From the UHGV virus genome UHGV-0040380: a stretch of DNA of 27,512 nt; one strand, given 5' to 3'. The stretch is from a virus. Below the pieces are notes generated by a model that made no database searches, was not told where the DNA came from, and saw only the letters and a list, made by a program, of their open reading frames with translations. A program made the translations under genes and the position numbers. Below are positions 17,025 to 25,119 of the stretch, piece by piece. Within the stretch, counting starts at the first letter, position 1; the number at the start of each line of letters is the position of its first letter.

Positions 17025-17046
17025 AATAAAGGGGCCGAAGCCCCTT
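17025..17046 (-). terminator. Rho-independent terminator downstream of the capsid gene block (T7 T-phi-like position)
   Basis: Stem GGGGC / GCCCC (17031-17035, 17040-17044) with a 4-nt loop; minus-strand T-tract TTTATT follows (plus-strand A-tract 17025-17030); 18 nt after the stop of the 17063-17407 gene and directly before the next RBS. Confidence 0.55.
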
Positions 17047-17062
17047 GTCTGATCCGCGAGGC

Positions 17063-17407
17063 TTACACGCCCAGTTCTTTACGCTTATCTGCGATCTTCT
17101 CGCGGAGCGTTTCGGCTTTGGCGTTATGGTGTGGCTTCTCGTTAAAGAGCAATTCGTACTCTTCACGGAGCTTATCCAGTTCACCATCATCTGACACATC
17201 GTTGATGATTTTGGTGCTGGTTGCTGCCATTGACACCTTTCCTGCAACTTTTGCTTTTGCCTGTCTGGCTGCATCGTTAACAGGTTCCAGTGCGCTACCA
17301 GGCTCACCTTCGTATTCGATTTCTGCCCCCTCCGGCCACAGAGTGTTATGGATATGAGAGAGGCGCAGAACGCGGTATCTTGGTTTCTCACCTGACATCG
17401 ATATCAC
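17063..17407 (-). CDS. Hypothetical protein, capsid-proximal
   Basis: 114 aa, acidic, coiled-coil-like C-terminus; between capsid and terminator. Confidence 0.4.
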   Translation of the reverse strand: MISMSGEKPRYRVLRLSHIHNTLWPEGAEIEYEGEPGSALEPVNDAARQAKAKVAGKVSMAATSTKIINDVSDDGELDKLREEYELLFNEKPHHNAKAETLREKIADKRKELGV

Positions 17408-17408
17408 C

Positions 17409-17846
17409 TTAACCAGTTACTTTTGAGCGGATCGGGTACGGCGTATTGGCATCAACATCAAGACTGATACCAGCAGTGAATTCGCCAGCCGTTAGTGGGC
17501 CAGTTGCGACGGAGTAGTTAACACGCAGATATCGCTGAACACCGGCAGGCACCTTTGCAGAAACAACTCGTTTACCTGCTGTCAGGGCGGTCTTTGCCAG
17601 TGCGCCACTATCATAAATAGTGGTCCATGAGCTGTTATTCTCACTCGTCTGCAACTGGATGTTTACAGTTGCATCACCGCTTGCCGCGGCGGCTGTGTTA
17701 ACCAGCGCCCAAAACTCAAGCGGGTAACCAACGCCGATATCACGACGTTTTCCGTCAATTGGACCGAGATCGATTACGTCAGTAGAAGCCGCGGTATTCG
17801 TAACCGCCTGTGCTTCGGAGAACATCAACAGTTTGTCGGTGATCAT
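17409..17846 (-). CDS. Hypothetical capsid-associated protein (possible decoration or minor capsid protein)
   Basis: 145 aa, Ala/Thr/Val-rich and beta-rich in character; immediately downstream of the major capsid gene and upstream of the terminator. Function inferred from position only. Confidence 0.4.
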   Translation of the reverse strand: MITDKLLMFSEAQAVTNTAASTDVIDLGPIDGKRRDIGVGYPLEFWALVNTAAAASGDATVNIQLQTSENNSSWTTIYDSGALAKTALTAGKRVVSAKVPAGVQRYLRVNYSVATGPLTAGEFTAGISLDVDANTPYPIRSKVTG

Positions 17847-17897
17847 CTTCTTTCTCCATTAGTGGGTCTGTTACGACCCACAGGTTAATAACAGGCG

Positions 17898-18884
17898 TTA
17901 CACCACGCGGGCTTCTGTTTCCAGAAGCGCATCAGTTTCACGGATTGGTACACCACGGAATGACGTCCACCACTCGCCTTCAGTCTCTTTTACGCTAATC
18001 GCCAGAGATGTTTTCTCCAGAGACTGCAGATCAAGAGCCTGGCCTACAGTGCGGTTCATGTAGAACACCGGGCGGCCCATGCCACGGTTTGGAATGCGAT
18101 GCAGTGCTTTAACCATCAACTTCGCAATATTTGCGGCAGAGGAAGGTTCTGAAAGATTGCTGACATCGATGTTTGCAATGCGAACAACATAACGCCAGTC
18201 ACGCAGAGCAAGTCCGTTGTCCCATTTGTAATGGGTACGGTAGCCTTCGTACTTGCCGCCATTAGCATCTTCCAGTGTCACCTGGCCTTTATCTTCCATC
18301 TGGATGCCAGCCTTCTGCCCTTTCGGGAAGATGCCATGCACGGTGTTTTCGCCCCACACCACTAACCAGATTGAGGTGTTATCTGTACCCGTGCCACCAG
18401 CATCAATGATGTTCTGAGCATTACCCGCAGACAGGCTGGAATAGCGGGAGGACAGTCCCATAAACTGCTGAGGGTTAACGCTGGAGTCACCATAAAACAG
18501 CGTCTGCGCCATCTGCTGATTCATCGCTTCAATAAATGCGCGGTCTTCAGACAGGCGGAATTCGGCGGTATTACCGTTCAGATCAGCCAGTGACTTATCG
18601 ACTTCAGCATAGGTTTCCAGCATGCCAACGGAGTCGGTGACCTGCACTGTGGTTGATTTGCTTGGCTGTACGCCATAGTTCAGCAAACGCCAGGTGGCTG
18701 AAGGTAAACCAGAACGAATGGTGGTTCGGTGTCCGGTAGGAAGGTTCCCTTCGACAAAAGGCATATCCTGAAGGATCGGGTTAGTTTGACCGAGAAGCTC
18801 GATAATCTTATCGACTTTCCCGTTTAGATCGACGCGCTTACCCCAGTCAGCCAGCGTTAGCGCAGTTAAGCCTTTAACAGACAT
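17898..18884 (-). CDS. Major capsid protein
   Basis: 328 aa; follows the scaffold gene; size and position match a T7 gp10 / HK97-fold coat protein. Confidence 0.65.
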   Translation of the reverse strand: MSVKGLTALTLADWGKRVDLNGKVDKIIELLGQTNPILQDMPFVEGNLPTGHRTTIRSGLPSATWRLLNYGVQPSKSTTVQVTDSVGMLETYAEVDKSLADLNGNTAEFRLSEDRAFIEAMNQQMAQTLFYGDSSVNPQQFMGLSSRYSSLSAGNAQNIIDAGGTGTDNTSIWLVVWGENTVHGIFPKGQKAGIQMEDKGQVTLEDANGGKYEGYRTHYKWDNGLALRDWRYVVRIANIDVSNLSEPSSAANIAKLMVKALHRIPNRGMGRPVFYMNRTVGQALDLQSLEKTSLAISVKETEGEWWTSFRGVPIRETDALLETEARVV

Positions 18885-18898
18885 TGTTATTTCCTCTC

Positions 18899-19594
18899 TT
18901 ATTTGCCATAGAGCACTTCGGCCGCACTACGCTGGCCTTCATTACCACCGGTGACCATGCCATCTTCAGACATCGCCTTTCCGATTTTCACGAACGTTTT
19001 GACCAGATCAGGGTGATTACCCAGCCCGGTGGTGTTCAGATATTCTTTGAGTTCAGGTGTCCCGAACTGGTCAAGCGCACGCTGTGCGGCGCTAAGGTTA
19101 GAAATCAACTTGTCGCCACCGATTTCTTTGTCAGCTTTTACATCCGCAGCCCACTGCTCGGTTGTTTTCTGCCAGGCTTCTGCCTGGCGCTGCTGAACAC
19201 CTGCCAGAATCTTCGGATAAGCATCAACCAGCTTTTGCGCTTGCTCGTTGGTCAGGTTAAGTTCTCGCGCCACCGGCTCGAATTCCTTCAACGCTTCTGT
19301 ATCCAGCTCTACGCCTTCGGCAGCCTGAAACTCGTACTTCTCAGGAGCACCCTCTGGTTTATCGCCGTTCTTTTTTTCACCCTGCTTATCGTTTTCAGGC
19401 TTTTTGTCATCAGCAGGTTTATCGCCATCAGCAACAGGTTGTGGCTTATCACCTTCCTGTTGTGATGGATCACCAACTGGAGCAGGGTTATCACCTGCAT
19501 GCGCTGACGGTTCTGACGCAGCCGGAGCTGCCCCGCCATCGGCTGGCTGCTCATTGCAAAGACGGCGATACAGCAAACGCTCAAATAAATTCAT
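18899..19594 (-). CDS. Scaffolding protein
   Basis: About 231 aa from the ATG at 19594 (GGAG 5 nt upstream); very acidic, Pro/Lys/Asp/Glu-rich N-terminal half and helical C-terminal half; between portal and capsid. Confidence 0.6.
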   Translation of the reverse strand: MNLFERLLYRRLCNEQPADGGAAPAASEPSAHAGDNPAPVGDPSQQEGDKPQPVADGDKPADDKKPENDKQGEKKNGDKPEGAPEKYEFQAAEGVELDTEALKEFEPVARELNLTNEQAQKLVDAYPKILAGVQQRQAEAWQKTTEQWAADVKADKEIGGDKLISNLSAAQRALDQFGTPELKEYLNTTGLGNHPDLVKTFVKIGKAMSEDGMVTGGNEGQRSAAEVLYGK

Positions 19595-19596
19595 GA

Positions 19597-21570
19597 TCAC
19601 TCCTGTTCACTGGCCTCTTTGGCCATCTTCAAATACTGTTCAGGGCAATGAGCCATAACGCGCTGAAACAGTTCCAGCGCCAGATTGCGTTGCCCCTCAT
19701 TAAATGCCATTGCCATAGCGTCCATCGGTGAGATAGCGGAAAACACACGGCCTTTCTCCAGCACCGACCAGACAACGCGACGCCCCTGTTCACTGCTCAT
19801 GACAAAGCGAATGTCATCAATTTCACGCTTCGCCATGTCACGTTGCTTACGGGCGTTTTCTTCTTTCAGTTGATCGTCTTCGTAATCTGTCATTGTGATT
19901 GCCCCCCCCTGACCACTAACTGCATTCGCCATAGCTGACAAAACACTCGGATCCGAAGTTTTAGCTTCGCTTAGCGTCTTGGCACCCTGTGCCGCCGCCA
20001 TCCCCATCGCCATCATTTGTTGCTGCTGTTGCTGCTGTGCCCGTTGCTGGCGAGCCTGCTCAACCTGTTCCTGCGGAACAATAACGGTTGGAGACACTCC
20101 GGACATATCAGCGAATGCATCGATCGCCTGATCAACGTTGAGTTTGTCGAGAGCTTCTGGTTTCGCTTGCGCAAGTTGACCAATGAAGTTAACCGTGGAC
20201 GCCAGACTGGACAGGCCGATAGACTTCTGCGCCTGAGCCATGACGGAAATGTATTCGACCTTCAGGGGCATGCCTTCCATCGCGTCAGGCGGTGGCGGCA
20301 GCATGTTTTTACGCACCATCATCGAGAAAGCGCGGTCAATGAGAGGATTAAGACATTCGTCGTTCAGACGCTCCAGAACCGGCCCCAACATCAGAAGTTT
20401 TTCTTCTTTCATTTCGATCACCGCTTCAACAGGCATCGAGCGGGTATTGATGTTCTGCAACATCATGAACAGATCGACAAAGTAGGCGCTGTTAATGATT
20501 TGACGAGTGTCCTGAATGTCTGCCACCAAATCTGCTGTACTGGGGTTAACCAGATAAGCAGGCCTGAAGCCATCCTGACCAGTAATCTGATCGATATACG
20601 TGATGTCGCCAGGAAGAAGGGAGGCTCGCTGATTCTTGAGGGAAGTCGGAGCAACCATCGGCGGATTGGTGGCTTTATCAATCAACTGCGACTTGCGCTT
20701 CTGGAGAAGCTGCAATGCCTTAACAGGTCCAAGAGCCAGCATACCCGGGCATGATGATCCATAAACATCTTCGCCGTTAACTTCCCAGCGCGGAGCCATA
20801 ATTGGAAACTCATCGAATCCGGACTCACGCAACAACTTGTCGTTATCGCCACCAACCTCGTAATAAACCGATTTGAATGGCTTGTTCTTGCTATCCAGCT
20901 TCGATGTATCGCGGTCAATGTTCGGGTAAACCGAGTGCATCACTTCAATCCACTTCTCGTAGGTGCCGCTTTCCCACATGCTTTTTACGTATTCGCTGAC
21001 GTTATTTAGCCCGAACTCCTGAACAAGCTGACGAACAGTCATAGAGAACTTGCGAAAACAGGTGTCCACACTGCCACGAGGTGAGTTAGCCAGGTAGTAA
21101 CTGCCTATCGGGAATGGCATTGTGCGAATAATGTCCTCGTCATCCTCCAGCACCGCCATTGCACCAGTGCTGTATGTTCCGAGGCTTCCGTATAACTGCG
21201 GCAGCGACTGATAGAGATTCGACTTATTGAACATATCGTTCATGCGGTTCTGCACCGCCTCAAGCCACAACTTAACAGGGCCATAATCCATCATTTCAGG
21301 ATCTGGCGTAGCCAGACGAAACCACGGACGCGCGGGGCTTGTGATGCCTGACATCATGCCGCTGGCGAGAGTGCGCGCCGCCATAGTCCCGGTCGAATCA
21401 ATAATGCGTGTATTCCGTCGATCGTTACGATTGACCTCAGAAGTCAGAAAGCGGGAACCACGCGGGTTGATGTAATCACTCAACTCGCGCCAGTGCGGCT
21501 CGAACGACTGACGCTCGCTTTCAAGTTGTGCGAACTGTTTGTTCAATCGCTCTTTAGTTGTTTCCGCCAT
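19597..21570 (-). CDS. Portal (head-to-tail connector) protein, T7 gp8-like, with a C-terminal extension
   Basis: 657 aa; contains a Q-rich ...QQQQQQQMMAMGMAAAQG segment resembling the T7 gp8 C-terminal region (from memory), followed by about 100 extra residues; precedes scaffold and capsid. Confidence 0.8.
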   Translation of the reverse strand: MAETTKERLNKQFAQLESERQSFEPHWRELSDYINPRGSRFLTSEVNRNDRRNTRIIDSTGTMAARTLASGMMSGITSPARPWFRLATPDPEMMDYGPVKLWLEAVQNRMNDMFNKSNLYQSLPQLYGSLGTYSTGAMAVLEDDEDIIRTMPFPIGSYYLANSPRGSVDTCFRKFSMTVRQLVQEFGLNNVSEYVKSMWESGTYEKWIEVMHSVYPNIDRDTSKLDSKNKPFKSVYYEVGGDNDKLLRESGFDEFPIMAPRWEVNGEDVYGSSCPGMLALGPVKALQLLQKRKSQLIDKATNPPMVAPTSLKNQRASLLPGDITYIDQITGQDGFRPAYLVNPSTADLVADIQDTRQIINSAYFVDLFMMLQNINTRSMPVEAVIEMKEEKLLMLGPVLERLNDECLNPLIDRAFSMMVRKNMLPPPPDAMEGMPLKVEYISVMAQAQKSIGLSSLASTVNFIGQLAQAKPEALDKLNVDQAIDAFADMSGVSPTVIVPQEQVEQARQQRAQQQQQQQMMAMGMAAAQGAKTLSEAKTSDPSVLSAMANAVSGQGGAITMTDYEDDQLKEENARKQRDMAKREIDDIRFVMSSEQGRRVVWSVLEKGRVFSAISPMDAMAMAFNEGQRNLALELFQRVMAHCPEQYLKMAKEASEQE

Positions 21571-21584
21571 TTCAATGACTCCGG

Positions 21585-21791
21585 TTACTGACCAAGCAGC
21601 GTTTTACCGCTGGTATTAGCGGTTGATGTGTCGCCCTGAGAACCGGTAAGCAGCGTAGAACTACGACCAGCAGCAGCGCGACGGCGACGTGTTTCTTCGT
21701 CGCGGGCATCAACAACGGCGGCATCCTGCTCCTGTGGTGCTGCCTGAACTTCTGGTGTTGCAGGCACTGATGGTGAGCTACCCATGCACAT
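21585..21791 (-). CDS. Small low-complexity protein upstream of portal
   Basis: 68 aa, A/T/S/R-rich; ATG with GGAG about 10 nt upstream; ends 14 nt before the portal start. A competing overlapping frame (21572-21811) has a TTG start and no SD. Confidence 0.35.
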   Translation of the reverse strand: MCMGSSPSVPATPEVQAAPQEQDAAVVDARDEETRRRRAAAGRSSTLLTGSQGDTSTANTSGKTLLGQ

Positions 21792-21881
21792 ATCAATGAC
21801 TCCGTACGCAATTAAATTATTACCAATTTAACCACATATGATTTATTTATCGTAGACAGTTGACATTTAACGCACGAATTA

Positions 21882-21896
21882 TTACCTTTCAGGTAA
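21882..21896. promoter_or_regulatory. Operator-like 15-bp dyad TTACCTTTCAGGTAA (copy 3, perfect)
   Basis: Perfect inverted repeat TTACCT-ttc-AGGTAA; a consensus -35 hexamer TTGACA lies 16 bp upstream (21860-21865) on the plus strand, the strand that carries the tRNA. Confidence 0.4.
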
Positions 21897-22218
21897 CCAA
21901 AGAGTTCATTCCGGTTACTAACCTGACTGGCTTGTCGTTAAATTGAACTGGTGGAGTGAGCTTTTATTTTGAGCAGTACGGCGTATGGCACATGCGCCGA
22001 TAGCGGTCTGGATACGTTTAAGGGGCACCCTCCCTTGCTCGGGCAAACGAACCAGGTAGCCGGAATGTGCAAGTCGAGCGGTTTTATTCCGCGCACGGGG
22101 ATTCACCATCCCGGCGATTCGGTGTGACGCCTCGGAAGAGACGAGGGTACAACGATGAGAGCATTTATGGAGCCGCGACAAAGTGTGGTGCCTTAACAGG
22201 CTAAGTGCTCTCAGCGTT

Positions 22219-22295
22219 GTGGCATTAGCTCAGTCGGACAGAGCAACCGCCTTCTAAGCGGTTGGTCGCAGGTTCGAATCCTGCATGCCACGCCA
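22219..22295 (+). tRNA. tRNA-Arg (anticodon UCU, reads AGA/AGG), phage-encoded
   Basis: Cloverleaf folded by hand: acceptor GTGGCAT / ATGCCAC, D-stem GCTC / GAGC, anticodon stem ACCGC / GCGGT with loop CTTCTAA, T-arm GCAGG-TTCGAAT-CCTGC, discriminator G plus encoded CCA. Resembles E. coli argU but has a different acceptor stem. Confidence 0.9.
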
Positions 22296-22338
22296 GAATC
22301 ACGCCTAAGGACCGTGATGCCAGAAGTTCCAGGTGCTT

Positions 22339-22381
22339 GGCGGTGATGGTTTCCCTTGAAGGACTATCACCGCCCTTTTTA
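22339..22381 (+). terminator. Rho-independent terminator downstream of the tRNA
   Basis: 9-bp stem GGCGGTGAT / ATCACCGCC (22339-22347, 22366-22374) followed by CTTTTTA. Confidence 0.55.
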
Positions 22382-22458
22382 CAGCAGGACGCCATTGCGA
22401 TGACTTCATGCTGTAAACCCGTACAGCCACGGAAGGCATAACTCATTGCTTCCAGTTC

Positions 22459-22482
22459 GCCCGGTTCGCCGGGCATTTTTTT
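22459..22482 (+). terminator. Strong rho-independent terminator 1 nt upstream of the RBS of the 22494 gene
   Basis: Stem GCCCGG / CCGGGC with TTCG tetraloop (22459-22474), then A plus TTTTTTT (22476-22482); the SD AAGGTGAG starts at 22483. Confidence 0.65.
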
Positions 22483-22493
22483 AAGGTGAGATT

Positions 22494-22850
22494 ATGAACG
22501 ACCAGCAAATCGAAAAAGAAATCGTTGAGAAAGGCAAAACCGCTCCGCGAGTTACGCCTCAATATATCGAAAGCATCATTCTTGAAGAGCATTTCTTTAC
22601 TGCTTATGACGGCATTCGTGCTGCCAATATGGGCGTTGGCGATTCATGGACAGCGCATAAATCTACAGACCTCCTGACTTTCTGCGTACTGGTGCTGAAG
22701 AATGGCTTCACCGTCACCGGAGAAAGCGCCTGTGCAAGCCCGGAAAACTTTGATGCAGAAATTGGTCGGAAGATTGCCCGGCAGAATGCTGTAAACAAAA
22801 TCTGGATGCTCGAAGGTTACTTGCTGAAGCAGAAGCTAAGCGAGCAATAA
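22494..22850 (+). CDS. Hypothetical protein (118 aa), moron in opposite orientation to the late genes
   Basis: ATG with AAGGTGAG SD; no signal peptide or TM segment; not recognised by me; bracketed by intrinsic terminators on both sides. Confidence 0.6.
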   Translation: MNDQQIEKEIVEKGKTAPRVTPQYIESIILEEHFFTAYDGIRAANMGVGDSWTAHKSTDLLTFCVLVLKNGFTVTGESACASPENFDAEIGRKIARQNAVNKIWMLEGYLLKQKLSEQ

Positions 22851-22854
22851 CACC

Positions 22855-22866
22855 GTGACATGTCAC
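22855..22866. repeat. 12-bp perfect palindrome GTGACATGTCAC (copy 2 of 3)
   Basis: Lies 5 nt after the stop of the 22494-22850 gene and 4 nt before the terminator stem. Confidence 0.6.
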
Positions 22867-22870
22867 AAAC

Positions 22871-22897
22871 AGCCAGCCTATGAGCTGGCTTTGTTTT
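22871..22897. terminator. Convergent (bidirectional) terminator between the 118-aa gene (+) and terL (-)
   Basis: Stem AGCCAGC / GCTGGCT (22871-22877, 22884-22890) with 6-nt loop, followed by TTGTTTT on the plus strand and GTTTGTG on the minus strand. Confidence 0.6.
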
Positions 22898-22940
22898 ATC
22901 CTCACCAGAGGATATCAACGACATTATCCCCACCAGCGGA

Positions 22941-24416
22941 TTAAGCATAGGGATCGTAATCTGTGATGGCCTTGCCTTGCTGGTTCTGCTGACCGGGAAT
23001 TCGCAGACGCTTCGACACAGGGAACGCAAACGTCAGCAGTAGCGCATCGCCTTTACCAGGAGAACGCCCAAGTCGCTCTTTGATATCTTCCTTCGGTTCG
23101 ATAACGATTTTACCGTCCACTCGAACTTTGTACTCTGCTGCCGACAGGTCGTCCGCTGTTTCCTGGTCATCAAGCATGCCGCCCAGCCTCAGCCATGTCT
23201 TGCATGAGTTGAACATCTCCCCACGCTTGTTGAGCATCTGCGGGTCAGTAGACGCGCCACCGAACTGAACAAGTTGCCATGTACGACCCCAGCCGTCACC
23301 GATTGACTTCAGACCAGTTCCGTAACCGAAGTCGATGAACACTGCGTCAGCCTGGTACTGGTCTTCAAAGTCAGCGATACGCTTCGCCATAATCAGATCG
23401 TCAGTGGTCTTGTTGCCGGTCCACAGCACCTTACTATGCAGCCCCTGCCGCAGGTATATCACAGCGTCATCAACACCGGAGTATGCCGGGTCAACGCCGA
23501 TTATCACCGGAGCATGTGCAACCTGCGCAGCGGTTACCACCCGTTTCATTGCCTCGTCAGTAAGGCCGGTAGGGATAAACTGCAATTCAGATGCATCCGG
23601 GAATATGCCGCGCACACGGATTTTAACGAAGTCGCTGTCTTCCCCGTAGTCATCAACCCATTTCTGCAACTGCTGTTTGTTAGTGCCTTCCACCGTCCGG
23701 CTGTCAATCTGCGCAGTTTTCCAGCGGTGTTTATATTTGCGGAAACATTCGCGAAAACGCCCGGTGTTACGTGTAGGGTTTCCGAACGCCACCCAGATAA
23801 TCTCAGTGTCTTCGTCCGTAAGCGCACCCTCGGCAACTTCCCACACCAGATCCGCAATGTTCGACGCTTCATCAAACACCACGATGATGCGTTTGCGCTC
23901 GTTGTGTAGTCCGGCGAATGCCTCGGTGTTGTGCTCAGACCAGGGGATTGCGTCAGCTCGCCACCGCTTGTCGTGCCCAGGATCATTGCTGTACATCGCG
24001 GTAGCGGTACAGGTAAACCAGTCTTTCGTGATAGCAAGGTTTGACCACTTGATAATTTCCGGCCAGGTCTTCGTTCGTAGCTGGTTGTCGGTGTTGGCGG
24101 TCACCACGACCTTACAATCCTCGCAAGTGGACATGCCCCAGTTGATCAGCATTGAGATGAATGCGGATTTACCAATACCGTGACCAGAAGCACGTGCCAG
24201 CATAAGCGGCTGATAACGCGTCTCTGGATTCTGCAGGTGATCACGTATCTCTCGGAACGCATCGGCCTGCCACTGACGTGGGCCGGTGGCATGTGCCAGT
24301 TCAGTCCCCTCTTCCCCCCACGGGAACGCATAGAGGGCATAGCCAAGCGGATCGTGAGTGAACCCTGCAATATCCTCGATTAACTGCTCTTCAGGAGATA
24401 ACGCTGTATCTGTCAC
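22941..24416 (-). CDS. terL: Terminase large subunit
   Basis: 491 aa; Walker A-like GHGIGKS, Walker B-like IIVVFDEAS, C-terminal nuclease-like region (IIGVDPAYSG, DAVFIDFGYG); start overlaps the terS stop. Confidence 0.9.
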   Translation of the reverse strand: MTDTALSPEEQLIEDIAGFTHDPLGYALYAFPWGEEGTELAHATGPRQWQADAFREIRDHLQNPETRYQPLMLARASGHGIGKSAFISMLINWGMSTCEDCKVVVTANTDNQLRTKTWPEIIKWSNLAITKDWFTCTATAMYSNDPGHDKRWRADAIPWSEHNTEAFAGLHNERKRIIVVFDEASNIADLVWEVAEGALTDEDTEIIWVAFGNPTRNTGRFRECFRKYKHRWKTAQIDSRTVEGTNKQQLQKWVDDYGEDSDFVKIRVRGIFPDASELQFIPTGLTDEAMKRVVTAAQVAHAPVIIGVDPAYSGVDDAVIYLRQGLHSKVLWTGNKTTDDLIMAKRIADFEDQYQADAVFIDFGYGTGLKSIGDGWGRTWQLVQFGGASTDPQMLNKRGEMFNSCKTWLRLGGMLDDQETADDLSAAEYKVRVDGKIVIEPKEDIKERLGRSPGKGDALLLTFAFPVSKRLRIPGQQNQQGKAITDYDPYA

Positions 24417-25009
24417 TGATTACTATCCTGACGTTCTTTGAGTCGCTTCCTGGCTGCTGCTATGCGATCAGCAATTGTCACATTCACATTAACATCCAGA
24501 CGTTCTTTGAACGCGTTGACATCAACATGCTTACCAATCAGCTCAAGGTTCTTCACCTTGTCAGGCCATTTAATTTTTTTGAGGATTGTCTCTATCGAAT
24601 CCTCGTTCATGTTCATGATGGTCGATGACAGATCAAAGCCACTAAGCGTAGTGCGCCAGATTTTCGGCCACTCGCGGATTGGCTTAAGGCTCCCATCGTC
24701 GTTGAGGATGTCGATCACGTCCATCTGGTCGATCTCCACCAGGCGCATGAGAACGTAATCAGCACTGACGCGCATTCGTTTGTTGCGCTCCTCCATCAAC
24801 TCGGCAATCCGTTTTTGAATGCGTTCATCGCGCATCATGACACTGGCTTTAACTGCCGCTGTATTTGGGGAGAATCCTGCGTTAATCGCTGCCTGAGTCT
24901 GGTTTTCAGGCGTTTTGATGTATGACTGGCAATAAGCCTCCTGCATTGCTGTGAGCGGCTTAAATTGCGTTGATTTGCGTTTATAGGTTTTAGGTTCAGC
25001 AGGCATCAT
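24413..25009 (-). CDS. terS: Terminase small subunit
   Basis: About 198 aa from the ATG at 25009 (GGTGG SD); terminase small-subunit-type N-terminal HTH region (QTQAAINAGFSPNTAAVKAS). The ORF-track TTG start at 25087 would run through a terminator hairpin and direct repeats. Confidence 0.8.
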   Translation of the reverse strand: MMPAEPKTYKRKSTQFKPLTAMQEAYCQSYIKTPENQTQAAINAGFSPNTAAVKASVMMRDERIQKRIAELMEERNKRMRVSADYVLMRLVEIDQMDVIDILNDDGSLKPIREWPKIWRTTLSGFDLSSTIMNMNEDSIETILKKIKWPDKVKNLELIGKHVDVNAFKERLDVNVNVTIADRIAAARKRLKERQDSNQ

Positions 25010-25017
25010 AACCACCG

Positions 25018-25046
25018 TGGTAATAGTTACCGTTGTGGTAATAGTA
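25018..25046. repeat. Tandem direct repeats GTGGTAATAGT x2 (7-bp spacer) in the terS leader
   Basis: Identical 11-mers at 25018-25028 and 25036-25046, between the upstream terminator and the terS RBS. Confidence 0.5.
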
Positions 25047-25051
25047 CCATG

Positions 25052-25078
25052 CAAAATAAAGCCGCCATAGTTGGCGGC
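25052..25078 (-). terminator. Rho-independent terminator upstream of terS (separates accessory genes from the packaging/late genes)
   Basis: Stem GCCGCCA / TGGCGGC (25061-25067, 25072-25078) with 4-nt loop; minus-strand T-tract TTTATTTTG follows. Confidence 0.6.
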
Positions 25079-25119
25079 AGTATTCAAAGTCCATCAAATT
25101 CATCATGCATAATCTACTC

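Noticed and set aside
21918-22181. 87-aa minus-strand ORF inside the non-coding region upstream of the tRNA
   Set aside because: TTG start, no SD, first ATG at codon 25, Arg-rich translation; more consistent with a GC-rich structured RNA region than a gene.
22219-22295. tRNA as a prophage attachment site (host argU)
   Set aside because: The tRNA is complete, lies in the middle of the structural region flanked by phage genes on both sides, and its acceptor stem differs from E. coli argU as I recall it; more consistent with a phage-encoded tRNA than an attB/attL junction.
22225-22476. 83-aa minus-strand ORF overlapping the tRNA-Arg gene and its terminators
   Set aside because: Runs antisense through the tRNA and two terminator hairpins; artefact of the ORF caller.
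24413-25087. Long terS start (TTG at 25087) giving a 224-aa protein
   Set aside because: The extension would translate through a terminator hairpin and the tandem direct repeats and has no SD; the internal ATG at 25009 with a GGTGG SD is preferred.
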